Below, one piece after another: positions 53,401 to 58,500 of a stretch of DNA of 64,000 nt. Under the pieces are notes generated by a model. The model was not told where the DNA came from and made no database searches. It saw only the letters and a list, made by a program, of their open reading frames with translations. Made by a program: the position numbers and the translations under genes. Positions within the stretch are counted from its first letter, which is position 1, and every line of letters begins with the position of its first letter. Origin of the DNA: a virus; the IMG/VR virus record IMGVR_UViG_3300013126_000016, positions 1-64,000 of that record; one strand, written 5' to 3'.

Positions 53401-54283
53401 GTTTTTCTCCTGATGCTGTAAAGTATGTGTCTTGATACATAGACACAGAAGTTTGCTTAGTGTTATTAAAGAAATCACTACCAAGGTAATTAGGTAAGAT
53501 AAGTTGTTGAAGGTCAGAGGTTTCGGATCTATTTTTATAGAGTAGGGGAATAAAGAATTTAAGAATAGGATTATCAATAGCTTCTACTTTAGCTAATTTA
53601 AACTCTGCTGAAGATTTTCTAAAACTAGAAGGTTGAAGATAATATTTATCTGACCAGATACCTTTTTTCTCTTCTTTAGCTTTGCTTTGTACACCTGATA
53701 ATCTTTCTAGACCAGGATTTTCTCTAGCGTATTTATAAAAGAACTCAGAGTATATTGAAGCGTAACCATGTTCTAGTAGGTTTTCCTGTAAAGTATAATC
53801 TTTATTAGTAGTAGTAGGTTTTAATCCTATTATAGAAACAGTTCTACCATATTCATCCCTATCTAAAGTTATTATATTTACCTTGTTGCCCTCTTTTTTT
53901 AATAAGTCTTCAACATGTTTAGTTGCTTTTTTACCCCATTTAAAGTGTTCTATATCTATTTTATTTTTAGAATTTTCTTCTTCAGGAGTATGGGGGATTT
54001 CAGGTGCATCAACTAAACCGACTCTAATAGTTACTGTTTTTTTAGACTGATCAGATTCATAATAACCACTAATAGTATCAGCGTCACTAACTTTTTGGAC
54101 AATAAAACTTTTTTGAGAAACAGGTTGACGAGGTTGAGGATTAAAATAATTGCTAAGTTGGGATGCTGCTCCTTGAAAGTTAGAGCTGATATTAGACATT
54201 GCTCCTTGAATATTAGAAGCAGTTACTGCCAAAGACCCAGGAGATAAAACAGAATTAGATATTAGATATTTTGAATAATCCAT
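38492..54283 (-). CDS. 5263-aa tape-measure-like virion protein with multiple nuclease and cell-wall enzyme domains
   Basis: SNase (about 53615-54105), long helical/TM-rich core, M23-like (about 42990-43305), lambda-type lysozyme (about 42358-42782), NodB deacetylase (about 41443-42110), Amidase_2 (about 40680-41176), GH24 lysozyme (about 39818-40225), NucA (about 38921-39610). Confidence 0.85.
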   Translation of the reverse strand: MDYSKYLISNSVLSPGSLAVTASNIQGAMSNISSNFQGAASQLSNYFNPQPRQPVSQKSFIVQKVSDADTISGYYESDQSKKTVTIRVGLVDAPEIPHTPEEENSKNKIDIEHFKWGKKATKHVEDLLKKEGNKVNIITLDRDEYGRTVSIIGLKPTTTNKDYTLQENLLEHGYASIYSEFFYKYARENPGLERLSGVQSKAKEEKKGIWSDKYYLQPSSFRKSSAEFKLAKVEAIDNPILKFFIPLLYKNRSETSDLQQLILPNYLGSDFFNNTKQTSVSMYQDTYFTASGEKPTGFKGTIAKWADYSLNLPGFGDILNRIFTDIYTEGSGLTGVLAKGVGRVLDTFTGFYSSEFYRRVRSGKEKGSISKFHKSFYEADPERGVFENTIYSSAMTVSSTAYSLAFYFGVSHTFSIAKAQFEEVGIEKVSSTLFTDSDITNLSDRNIRDFFFSNEFIKSIDIITNLQNSFISTDPNISSLNAGKFVEDYYNYVTQRAAEIQGYTPDYSGINNDVRLQLDVIYGSNNVTPEGSAINRLIVHVSENITPSVSTTPTTLSSDELTRVQREVLGINTTTAELDLSRSYNSSTLGFDRGWFGQLSRFRQLDLSNFNHIVFPILESISVVPDDESRRIFNNNLENLRNLLSQNPVAVYKIVQTPDGSFHRRFSDFEIKNYGYSRLESIAELLDKISEFIPANPLLYFKPYRDSIGIRSLRVDRSAGTDIEDYSLKNLLAPGFSGLTAFSKRIAQTIFKQSTNSNIYQEAFENFRIYTLENSLFSIEKQIYTRVERILKNANFRRLNLTTPINPAGAPDYTELLRQLTEQLYGGGSDPNNVGVLSRSLQNLLREPRSRRLLELYIQRREQYDTIVQSRYNYATSIDAGKPNIFKSVRGFLLSVGPLLIADKLFDPHIMRNSGDLINQILVDFNLTSYKTKEGNDRKFANIKYSGGIPGYIKYPLVASGFIIGGHLLPSFEYTTSTGISIFEKSFSERTQRFYPHGILQHLNIVRQATGINDPTSSLLDNPFTNLTTEQQQLLTRLKNVSSSRPVTKFGWLGALIGGSLTLLATQFIFNAAANILNLNKFISGNSPTGSSPNSENYLSSLSLIKGVVSRLQQDKPFTIKEYSMLNLSMLAAYNLTYGRVAREQVNYNFSQQIPNPIFQLTFVSKLDPAGNSLTIGAGFQFFPILGTGSIPSAPLEFRLKPFNSYLPEARRSSINYISSKTPLTEEDISESEKLAFSLSFLSFPKHFLSFSKDNSLSTVMSFVGISSYISTGFDRLEDRLRRLPSTSTLRRELRQFKTPYHIAKFVAGSFETLARYSQTPLFALPNAIARGAAATLGIPEQSLRALGTRYGSRFRRALPLALAYLYASSVHSPDSDFSHIGSFLEPNALASEAWKLTTTTIPLTAIYGYSLRNAGVFDTAESFANATPNTYIGRQQQAIHRIYTQAIDASQSIDNLFVRTVPLRLSIAARRVFSVSAVLAAIGLFGRGLTGKGLGFTDVVSDSDSANLTFEEQLYRLPGSYKKPRYQPKNFTDSLYAYSDYLLRAATSIFGIKSLIYQDNANAFIPLGGPFGLSEGRYDFRLYTQSQGTFADISGSQYSFAQLLSSSDFSQIFKNILSYDDRNISPDQLLERNYNRIMGSLPRKSPAKLVGFITSTESEMLSNTSEALLYALQFRTQETRRLSHQRPIELVYSLFFDLFKSGKFKTDLVNKELSKILPFGELPRTFSPFDYFNYSGYFSLPKKRNLLFDVGNKLFKFLDNIKYGSKDLDYNFINSARPKNDSSSLFSYFGNTFKYALGGFNNTTTSGTAALLAAQQIPLFLITTGNIITFSIQSIASFAAYNQGALHNSTVRKLESILNDLERIRRPPLSYAFINDAKSPVISLHPIQFKGTNKPVYLLTSEAFFNLDENKLLFSDTPDGRSNLGKLSSNVSSEFNNFYGRLINYSSSNSDLSLFNSDLRQVLRGTETVDTYINSIKDRFKSDLLDRTVIDVVNPASQSQRSIKFGDVMGLSQPDKLKNFLDQFDSLSYEINYILADNSLSDEIRLNKLKIVLANKFKQIHTSLFHSATAQLVTDSEYLNIPNVTPPRGNIQHRISSTAPESEQIINRIMLNRGFSGVLSEGMFGLMKIIGAANDFFPLYSAVSSFTLAGSENDMLRKIEASQATAGFLGEIPATVFALGAFSAAMSSVPAFGAASLLVGSAIGAYYLDQQFLRGSFTRSIVNLTRSYDRHIGTPIFNKTSSIIYHLSGVPGVSNVLSAARNSVFKHIDSSLDYVWDKVDNQISGNVPLTFLSNLLLPSTAKRFDRIIYPKFTREYAFAGRNLFKYTSIDVYQNRLDLMRTARQRASSTRGGIDDFVHSSVLGRFAEYDRIYADRYFESINSSRVLNDFRPRAMGSSLLRLAIQRRIQISDHEAVGSYQRRLPEFFRGATLLSTIFSVVPKLGFAYNSTYLGYKDLVYRDVIRPNIRRLYRPIRAIGALYSNITHGVANSTRNVFSRLFSPFNTRIRTQAQQLFNIPFIRNNSKNIAITGLLLSLISAYNLLDRYSSKEDKQRNNLAIASTLSGIGLLYSAHLAFSGKTAHQSFFKSLRVPTSIRSLTLATAVSVFKVFQGASKASVGAGVRFLLPFGARNSFTLGLSSVALTSRIIFNNLFLSKNPNDPNLQNISNSINTGFTILSSYGAFRYGLTRRPFLDYLSSDLRGFNPVLNALTRATGSVFSFLGGSSNIATRVSRGIRLPSIPPFITRLSSNIYNRSVGAARFVTNPIRSGLRSFFGNIQYHSPSIFDVGFIGSGALNVLNLNLKSTKEETRAAYENLIGPTINAGLGSLALRNARLSGRSVNYHIIFLASLSVSKFINYFSDKVADFHYHNFVEKFRLPSATTLGAAIKSIPITIDRDTVKTGVLTLAGGVALYSVFESFASLKHIKQNRLQTLALEKASINTIQPSIPTTPGGSTTSTISTTPGGSTTATISTTPGGSTTASLNPRFAVSPYDFAIKRHTHLPSHILSTSSELNKLKGVDIKFIDNFAPSPSNPNKKVIGTSSTSYTYNKNVKLFRSTYDIVYPDYSADGQLMRRTGILQQTPKVIDNKLTFHLIEGPAIPVESQKRGLFGKRHPEMQVTDSPSSHPSFRQQLDSIPASKTDLIEVKAQGKKEFVPYNADFIPEEGGVYTYRRSVEIGLENYEAVPGNPSTVRAVVSYDISEIQAKTFQQQILRLKNPYIITKFIPQNIAPVSISATLLSPTPVSTSTNFIPQVPKPIFPPPSLPRQVPLPYIPSSNPIDPAYTRYSSQYYANNPLGKTTATTTATTTATINKAVSTTSSSFNNKLANTGNLLGLGLTFGYLAYNQFSKDDDKTKQAVGSTLLYSSVGIPLVSNLPQGVDFIKNFKLSSLNLSSVSNFFKIPSFESTVKGVGLSYMSYISGFRAGLSLYSMFDTESQPKQLSREYVSRKLAGETTNIIMSGVSLGLSVFGPLGVGAAIALEIFGSPVLNDVLDTYYTQRMSALKISSSRDLLDFQRHIALSTAVGAGVGLVAGGILAALFPPAAPFAIIGGAIGGGAIGAILGPYTYSPGGSRTNAATFRPPANSSTPTPTGSPLGLGVSYAPYDVMSGPYKVKTFNDTSIHHPSTTNRGNTTGSGRRYRDLGIPGRGRDEIEPFNPNLIKIDYVLRLKGQQSTDVPVPSPFTAFVKVLPALGGYTFYKTREDYLNSFSSDSFIRDSSKRGILGQMYHLKGLTFTSGQSVVEGQFLGTQSNAAAVTGDVHVHLSASVEDHERYIKALNSGNPNVLRRSQTIANDVYSSNTLPSSILTGRGNNPLNPRDTSYLTPLGTQLQQYLDHPAIRAFFDAIARSEGTDFLPNNATKNYGYTKLYGGAELTDLSQMPYDNRPLPGAFTASGRYQIMYNNPPHLEWRRANSTLRKLFRSKPSYEPGVQDLLAIYLLFERGNGAYLNEVISAFSENRNIKSSIFFEISGIWTPLQTDEGKSQYPNQAKPTGKLSEFMRFARTRYAQYVGNRSTPPPPRSSTPPLTRVPLTQAIRQYKALPTSLVNNPPREPIDYINTQEKVVALTFDDGPDPLFTPRILDILKESGVKATFYLMGIHAKQHPDLVRRIVEEGHQLGLHTQRHLKHKKFAGISLPGDELGKLSSGEIEKEITDNIETLKSITGINFNKTNITFRAPYFNYNTPIVEYVRGLGYAIIGADIDPKDFRASSSNQILNNVILGVKTSRQRLGKGSIILLHDSFRKDPDSGETNLSRQNTVNSLEGIIRYFSNKQYKFKTISELLEIRYGPAPIISYNIPSNVANNTSIQIATNRALDLTGSSNDRRSTTLEIARQSAQQSIGSQIVQSLIPRAAAAQLPTNRTYRTIREQVNPSNYGERLTVDAYGKPATNQPLIVLHETASSARSAVNYFKDPRSKVSYHRIITRDGTVIELVDYSKRAFGASNSYFNNETFRVSRNQKPSVNNFSYHFSYESPANSNPYSIGHSGYTPEQYDSMAQAIAELSIRYNIPESRITTHRDVDRNENRSDPRSHDMRLLLEKVRFYKERFRRQSIKPSQVIVTQHTQEKQQISSTSPEHFNYAGAGEFIEVNTLVEPQLYSIASQKSNDKILNPKQFNYAGAGNFTSINTLIEPQRYLIASEKINIPRRPLPAGIKVPTKNTPISNTSFSTSKVDNRLFNPYLPTHIQHDQQIINYIKDKEKFRPQTYDDGTGVLTIGYGHTGPDVKWGQRITQQEGERIFIMDMDKAATAVRDNVKVPLTRTQFTILTSFAFNAGVGGFKNSTLLKFLNQGDYLSAAKWLLPYNKDNHGRVLGGLVKRRQDEYLFFINSIPNQGQTILYRLGNKLIDIFSGAFNTKVPLDSVSKTKEYKSNIPNIPNTPNTSSTPNTPKQIYLTPHLLLGNPSQAKSNTSSPNNYLMIKEQYALSYNRSTGTANWVSWEANQLWLGSTKRQNDFKPDFSLPEEWESVKPSDYRGSGYDRGHLVPSSDRTGSRDDNSSTFLMTNIIPQTETNNRKTWASLEDYSRKLIQEGKTLYVIAGVSGSKGKINNLVNIPEYTWKIIVVLDRPSGISDITSSTPVIAVNIPNSETLDHDWKRYVTTVDQIENTTGYDFLSNVPTPIQNALESTIAKLPSDNPVVKPQDQTNIFNSKAVLNYQQLQRIVLEFDSQIVEIKRAKKKLEEQRPTANIKLTVDSSGFKPTVQYRSDPQYPQYTPPSQYTLDVSISSSSIDIKTDSTTADGFGLLVLDPLYPKYTTEESLKDLAFFKQQ

Positions 54284-54303
54284 AGTTTAGCAGTAACACG
54301 CTG

Positions 54304-55302
54304 TTAGTATCTACTAGAAGTATTAATGTTATATTCTATTAATTGGTCTAAAGTAAGAGAAGGTTGATATTGAACAGACATAGTAGACTGACCTAATATA
54401 AGAGAGTTAGAAAAGATATTAAGCATGTTCTGTTCAAAGATAAAACTATCTACACCACTAACAGAATTAACTGCCCAAACAAAATAAGGTAGAGCTATTT
54501 GAGAAGAGCTATAAAGAAGAGTAAGGGACTGAAACAAGGGTTTACTTCTAACTATCCAATTTTGCATATCAAAAGGTTTAGAATTACCACGGCGGTAGTA
54601 CCTTACCTTATAGCGTCCACGAGGGATAAAAAGGTCAGAAGGAATAAGTTCAAACTTAACTAAACCGTCAACTGGTATCTCAACAATAAAAGGTTCTCTA
54701 ATATGACTAAAAACTCCTGGTCTACAAGAAGCAGGGGGAGTAATATGTAAATAATAATCTGACTTAGGAATTACAGCACTAGAAGGAGCAGAATCATCAT
54801 TAAGGATACTACAAATAACAGGAGAGATAGTAGCTATAGCGTAGCCTAAGCCTGGTTGAATAGTAATGATTACTGTTTCATTTTCTTCTTGATCAGTATC
54901 TCCTATAGGGGATATAAAAAGGATTGAAGTTGGGGTATTTTCTGTAAATACTATAGTACCAGAAGTGCTATTAAAGGTAGCCGCGCCGGACTGAGTATAA
55001 TCAGCTGGATCAGTTCCATTGGCTTCAAATCTAGCAGTCCCGCCAACTGAGAAATTAACAGTTAAAGGTAGAGTAAGGTCACCGTTGCGAGTAAAGGTAA
55101 AAGCAAACTTAGTGTTTGTGTTTTCATTTAGTCTAGTAGGGGATACAGAAAGGGAAACGCTAGGAGAGTCGTTAGGGGTTATTCGATATGGAGGAACAAA
55201 CTGAATAGCTATAGGAGAATAAACTAAAGGAAGAGATGGACTATAGAAAAGATTATTATTAGTTATAAAAGGTACATTATTGCCATCTACGAATAAAGTC
55301 AT
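54304..55302 (-). CDS. Calx-beta domain virion protein
   Basis: FTFTRNGDLTLPLTVNFSVGGTA...DYTQSGA...GTIVF...DTDQEENETV...ILNDD. Confidence 0.75.
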   Translation of the reverse strand: MTLFVDGNNVPFITNNNLFYSPSLPLVYSPIAIQFVPPYRITPNDSPSVSLSVSPTRLNENTNTKFAFTFTRNGDLTLPLTVNFSVGGTARFEANGTDPADYTQSGAATFNSTSGTIVFTENTPTSILFISPIGDTDQEENETVIITIQPGLGYAIATISPVICSILNDDSAPSSAVIPKSDYYLHITPPASCRPGVFSHIREPFIVEIPVDGLVKFELIPSDLFIPRGRYKVRYYRRGNSKPFDMQNWIVRSKPLFQSLTLLYSSSQIALPYFVWAVNSVSGVDSFIFEQNMLNIFSNSLILGQSTMSVQYQPSLTLDQLIEYNINTSSRY

Positions 55303-55387
55303 AATAGCGGGTATAAGAGGTGTAGATAAACTTAAAGTATAGGTAAGAGGGAATAAAGCAGAAAAAAGGGTAGCCGCGCGGCTACCT

Positions 55388-55425
<38 letters not shown>

Positions 55426-55427
55426 CC

Positions 55428-56243
55428 TTAAATAGGTTTAAATTCTTCCCAATCTATAGAAAAAGTATGTTGTAATTCATCAGATTCGATATTAGAGATG
55501 AAACCGTCATTTTTGAAGATTAATTCAAAAAGATTAGATTTCTTATCATCGGAGTACACAGCATAGGCTTTAAAATCTGATAACCTTAAAGATCTTTGAG
55601 CGACTCGGTGTTGGATTCTTCTAATAAAATAGTTACTTTGAGTTTCTACAATAAACTGTATGTCTTTCTGTTGATAATAATCTATAAGAGTATCAGCCAA
55701 GTAACATTGATTAGTAGGGTCTAAAGAGTTCTCTGGATTTTCTAGAATGATAGTAGTGCCTCTATCTACATACTCTAATAATAAAAACAACTGTAAAAAA
55801 GAAGTTACTGAATCCCCTAACTTATTTACTTCAACCTTAGCGTTATTCAAAGACTTAGCAATGATTTTATACTTATTAGGTTTAGTAGTAGATTGTTTTA
55901 AGTGAATAGTACGTAAGAGATTTAAATCAGAGAGTTTAGTAGAGAGAGTGGATTGAAAGAAGGGGCGGTGTTTGTCTAGTGCGATAAAAAAGGGATAAAC
56001 AAACTGACCATTAACACCAGTAGAAAAAGGAAGGGAGTTAGTTTTAAGGTAAAAGTAGCTAGGGACAGTTCTTCTGTTAGAGCTAAGCATAAGAACATGA
56101 CCCTCTGGGGAGTTATAATAAATATGTTTTAGTAAAGACGTTTTACCTGTGTTGTTATTGCCTGTAAAAACAGTAATACCTGAAAGTTCAAAAGTAAGGT
56201 CTTGAAAAGACCTGTGTTTAGAGATAGTATGGTTTGTAAGCAT
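55428..56243 (-). CDS. ABC/AAA_21-type ATPase (DUF3696-like)
   Basis: FTGNNNTGKTS, IILENPENSLDP..Q, FIVETQS. Confidence 0.75.
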   Translation of the reverse strand: MLTNHTISKHRSFQDLTFELSGITVFTGNNNTGKTSLLKHIYYNSPEGHVLMLSSNRRTVPSYFYLKTNSLPFSTGVNGQFVYPFFIALDKHRPFFQSTLSTKLSDLNLLRTIHLKQSTTKPNKYKIIAKSLNNAKVEVNKLGDSVTSFLQLFLLLEYVDRGTTIILENPENSLDPTNQCYLADTLIDYYQQKDIQFIVETQSNYFIRRIQHRVAQRSLRLSDFKAYAVYSDDKKSNLFELIFKNDGFISNIESDELQHTFSIDWEEFKPI

Positions 56244-56280
56244 AGGTAAAACTAAGAAGCATTATATATTCAAGTATAAT

Positions 56281-58071
56281 CTAATCATCTTGAGACCACA
56301 CAGGGTCTGAGAAGGAGTTATATTTCCAGCGACGGTAAGAGCGGCGGACTTGTTTAGTTAGTTCTTTAGAAGAGTTAGTAAAAGTGAGGTCAGAGTCAGA
56401 GAAATTAGTATTTACAGACCCAATAGAAGAGGATTTAGGAGTTTCGGAAGTAGAGAAATCAGACATAAGATGCCATATAACAGAGACTACAGCATCAGCA
56501 ATATCTTTAGAACCATCCTTACGATGGTCTATCTTTTTTTGATTTATAAGGCTAATACCAAATAATTCTTCTTTAAGGCGACTAGTCCAAGGAGAATCTA
56601 CAGGTAGTATTACTCTATTTTCGTGAAGCATCTTACGAAAGAAATCGTAAAGTTCTAATTGTTTTGTTTGACTAAAAGTCATAACAGAAGCGTTAAGACC
56701 AGAGTTTCTAAGATGTTGAATAGTTTCAGGATTATAATGGTCAGAAGTAATTTTGCTTAAAGGTCTAGATTTGTTTACTTCATATATACAACTGTAAACA
56801 TTGCTAATACCGACAGTTTGTTCTGGGCTATTATCCCAGACTAAAAGACCGTCTATAATACCATAGCGTTCTTTGTTTATAACTTCCCTATGACCAAAAG
56901 CAACAGCAAAACTATCAGTTACAAAAGCTGGATCTAAATGCATAGCAGAGACTAGAGAAGTAGATAGTATCTTTTTAATATTAATTCTTACAAGTTTATC
57001 AGAACCTACTTCTGTACTTAAAGAAATAGAAGAGTTACCTCTAAAAGAGCGGACTATTTCGTCATCATCAAAGAAAGAGTAGAGTCGGTTATAACGTACG
57101 CCTTCAAATTCTAGAGCTGCTTGGCGGGGATCTAAATGGTATTCTGCTTGTACTACAGGATTATCTCTAGCAGCATGAACAGGATTAAGATCCCAGGAGC
57201 GAAGTCTGAAACCCAACCAACCTGGAGAAGATTTAGAGACTTGGTATAACTTTTGTATAGCGTCACCTTCGCACCAAGCAGAAGATATAGCAATACGTTT
57301 AGCATCACAACCAAAAGTAACACCAGAGATACCAATGTTTGACCATAATTTAAGAGCGTTACTTTCAGAATCGCCGCTAGATATTTTAGATTCTTCATCA
57401 AACCTAGCAACTTCATCCATCAATAAACATATTACTGAAGACCCTACTTGAGACGCAGAATTAGAATTACCGCTATATATGTACAAGAGTTTATCAGGAT
57501 ACTTAATCTCTTCCTCTCCTATAATAATCTTTTTTTTATCTACTAAACGTTTAATATACGGAATATGTTCTAAAAGTCCTTTTATTTGAGAAAATATAGT
57601 TCTCTTAGTTTGTGTAGCACTAGTAGCTATACAGTATATAGATATAGCAGTAGATGTAGCTATATTATAATACATTTGAGGACTTTTCATAGCGCATAAC
57701 CTGTAGAATTCGTAAGCACCAATTAAAGAAGCCAAGAAGCTTTTAGAACCCCGCCGGCCAGCTTCAACACAGAGAGATTGATAAGTAGTACCTGGGATAT
57801 AAAAGGAGGGGTTAAAAGAAAGTCTATCAAGAGCAAACCAAGATTCTAATATAGCCTGTTCATCTTCATTAAGAGACAGGCCATAAAAAGTTTTTAATAA
57901 AAGAACTTGACGGGGGTTTAGTTCTTTCACACCCCAGGTTTCTTTATTTATTTCATTAGCTATAAAACTTAGAATATCAGAAGATTGAGGAACTCCAATT
58001 TCTTCATTAATAGAGTCTACAATACTTTCTATAAAACTACTAACTTCTAAAGTAAAATCCCTGGCTGCCAT
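56281..58071 (-). CDS. Terminase large subunit
   Basis: AGRRGSKS Walker A, CLLMDE Walker B, ISS coupling motif, MHLDPA nuclease motif, KIDH...SKDIADAV. Confidence 0.85.
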   Translation of the reverse strand: MAARDFTLEVSSFIESIVDSINEEIGVPQSSDILSFIANEINKETWGVKELNPRQVLLLKTFYGLSLNEDEQAILESWFALDRLSFNPSFYIPGTTYQSLCVEAGRRGSKSFLASLIGAYEFYRLCAMKSPQMYYNIATSTAISIYCIATSATQTKRTIFSQIKGLLEHIPYIKRLVDKKKIIIGEEEIKYPDKLLYIYSGNSNSASQVGSSVICLLMDEVARFDEESKISSGDSESNALKLWSNIGISGVTFGCDAKRIAISSAWCEGDAIQKLYQVSKSSPGWLGFRLRSWDLNPVHAARDNPVVQAEYHLDPRQAALEFEGVRYNRLYSFFDDDEIVRSFRGNSSISLSTEVGSDKLVRINIKKILSTSLVSAMHLDPAFVTDSFAVAFGHREVINKERYGIIDGLLVWDNSPEQTVGISNVYSCIYEVNKSRPLSKITSDHYNPETIQHLRNSGLNASVMTFSQTKQLELYDFFRKMLHENRVILPVDSPWTSRLKEELFGISLINQKKIDHRKDGSKDIADAVVSVIWHLMSDFSTSETPKSSSIGSVNTNFSDSDLTFTNSSKELTKQVRRSYRRWKYNSFSDPVWSQDD

Positions 58072-58076
58072 AACAT

Positions 58077-58499
58077 TTATAGAGAATTAAAAAAGAAGGT
58101 TATTACTAATTGATTAGGTTCAATAGTTATACTATCTCCGGAGGTTATTTCTAGAGGTTTAAGTAAAGTAGAATAACTTATCATAGTTTTAGTATTATTA
58201 TTTCCATACCAGAAAGAAGTAAAGTTAATAGTTACAGGACTTATAGTGCTAGAAGTTGTAATAGTGTTGGAGTTAGTTATAAAACTAGAATCAGAGTTTA
58301 CTAAAGGGGTGAAGGGTATATAAGATGGACTAAAAAGAAAATTAGAGTCAGAGTTATTAGTAGAAGGATTAAAAGAGTGGAAACATATAAACCTAGAATC
58401 TGAAGAGGGTATAGTTAAAGAAGTTAAGTTTGTAGGGTTAATAGAACCACCAAAAGAAAGCACACTCAATACAGAATTAGAAAGGGAACTATTAAACAT
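58077..58499 (-). CDS. Putative tail/baseplate structural protein
   Basis: NSNTIT...L.KPLEITSGDSITIEPNQLVIT; structural gene context. Confidence 0.5.
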   Translation of the reverse strand: MFNSSLSNSVLSVLSFGGSINPTNLTSLTIPSSDSRFICFHSFNPSTNNSDSNFLFSPSYIPFTPLVNSDSSFITNSNTITTSSTISPVTINFTSFWYGNNNTKTMISYSTLLKPLEITSGDSITIEPNQLVITFFFNSL

Positions 58500-58500
58500 T

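Noticed and set aside
3757-55386. Palindrome family as cyanobacterial HIP1 or as REP/MITE elements
   Set aside because: The sequence is not GCGATCGC, and I saw no target-site duplications or transposase/RAYT gene in the window
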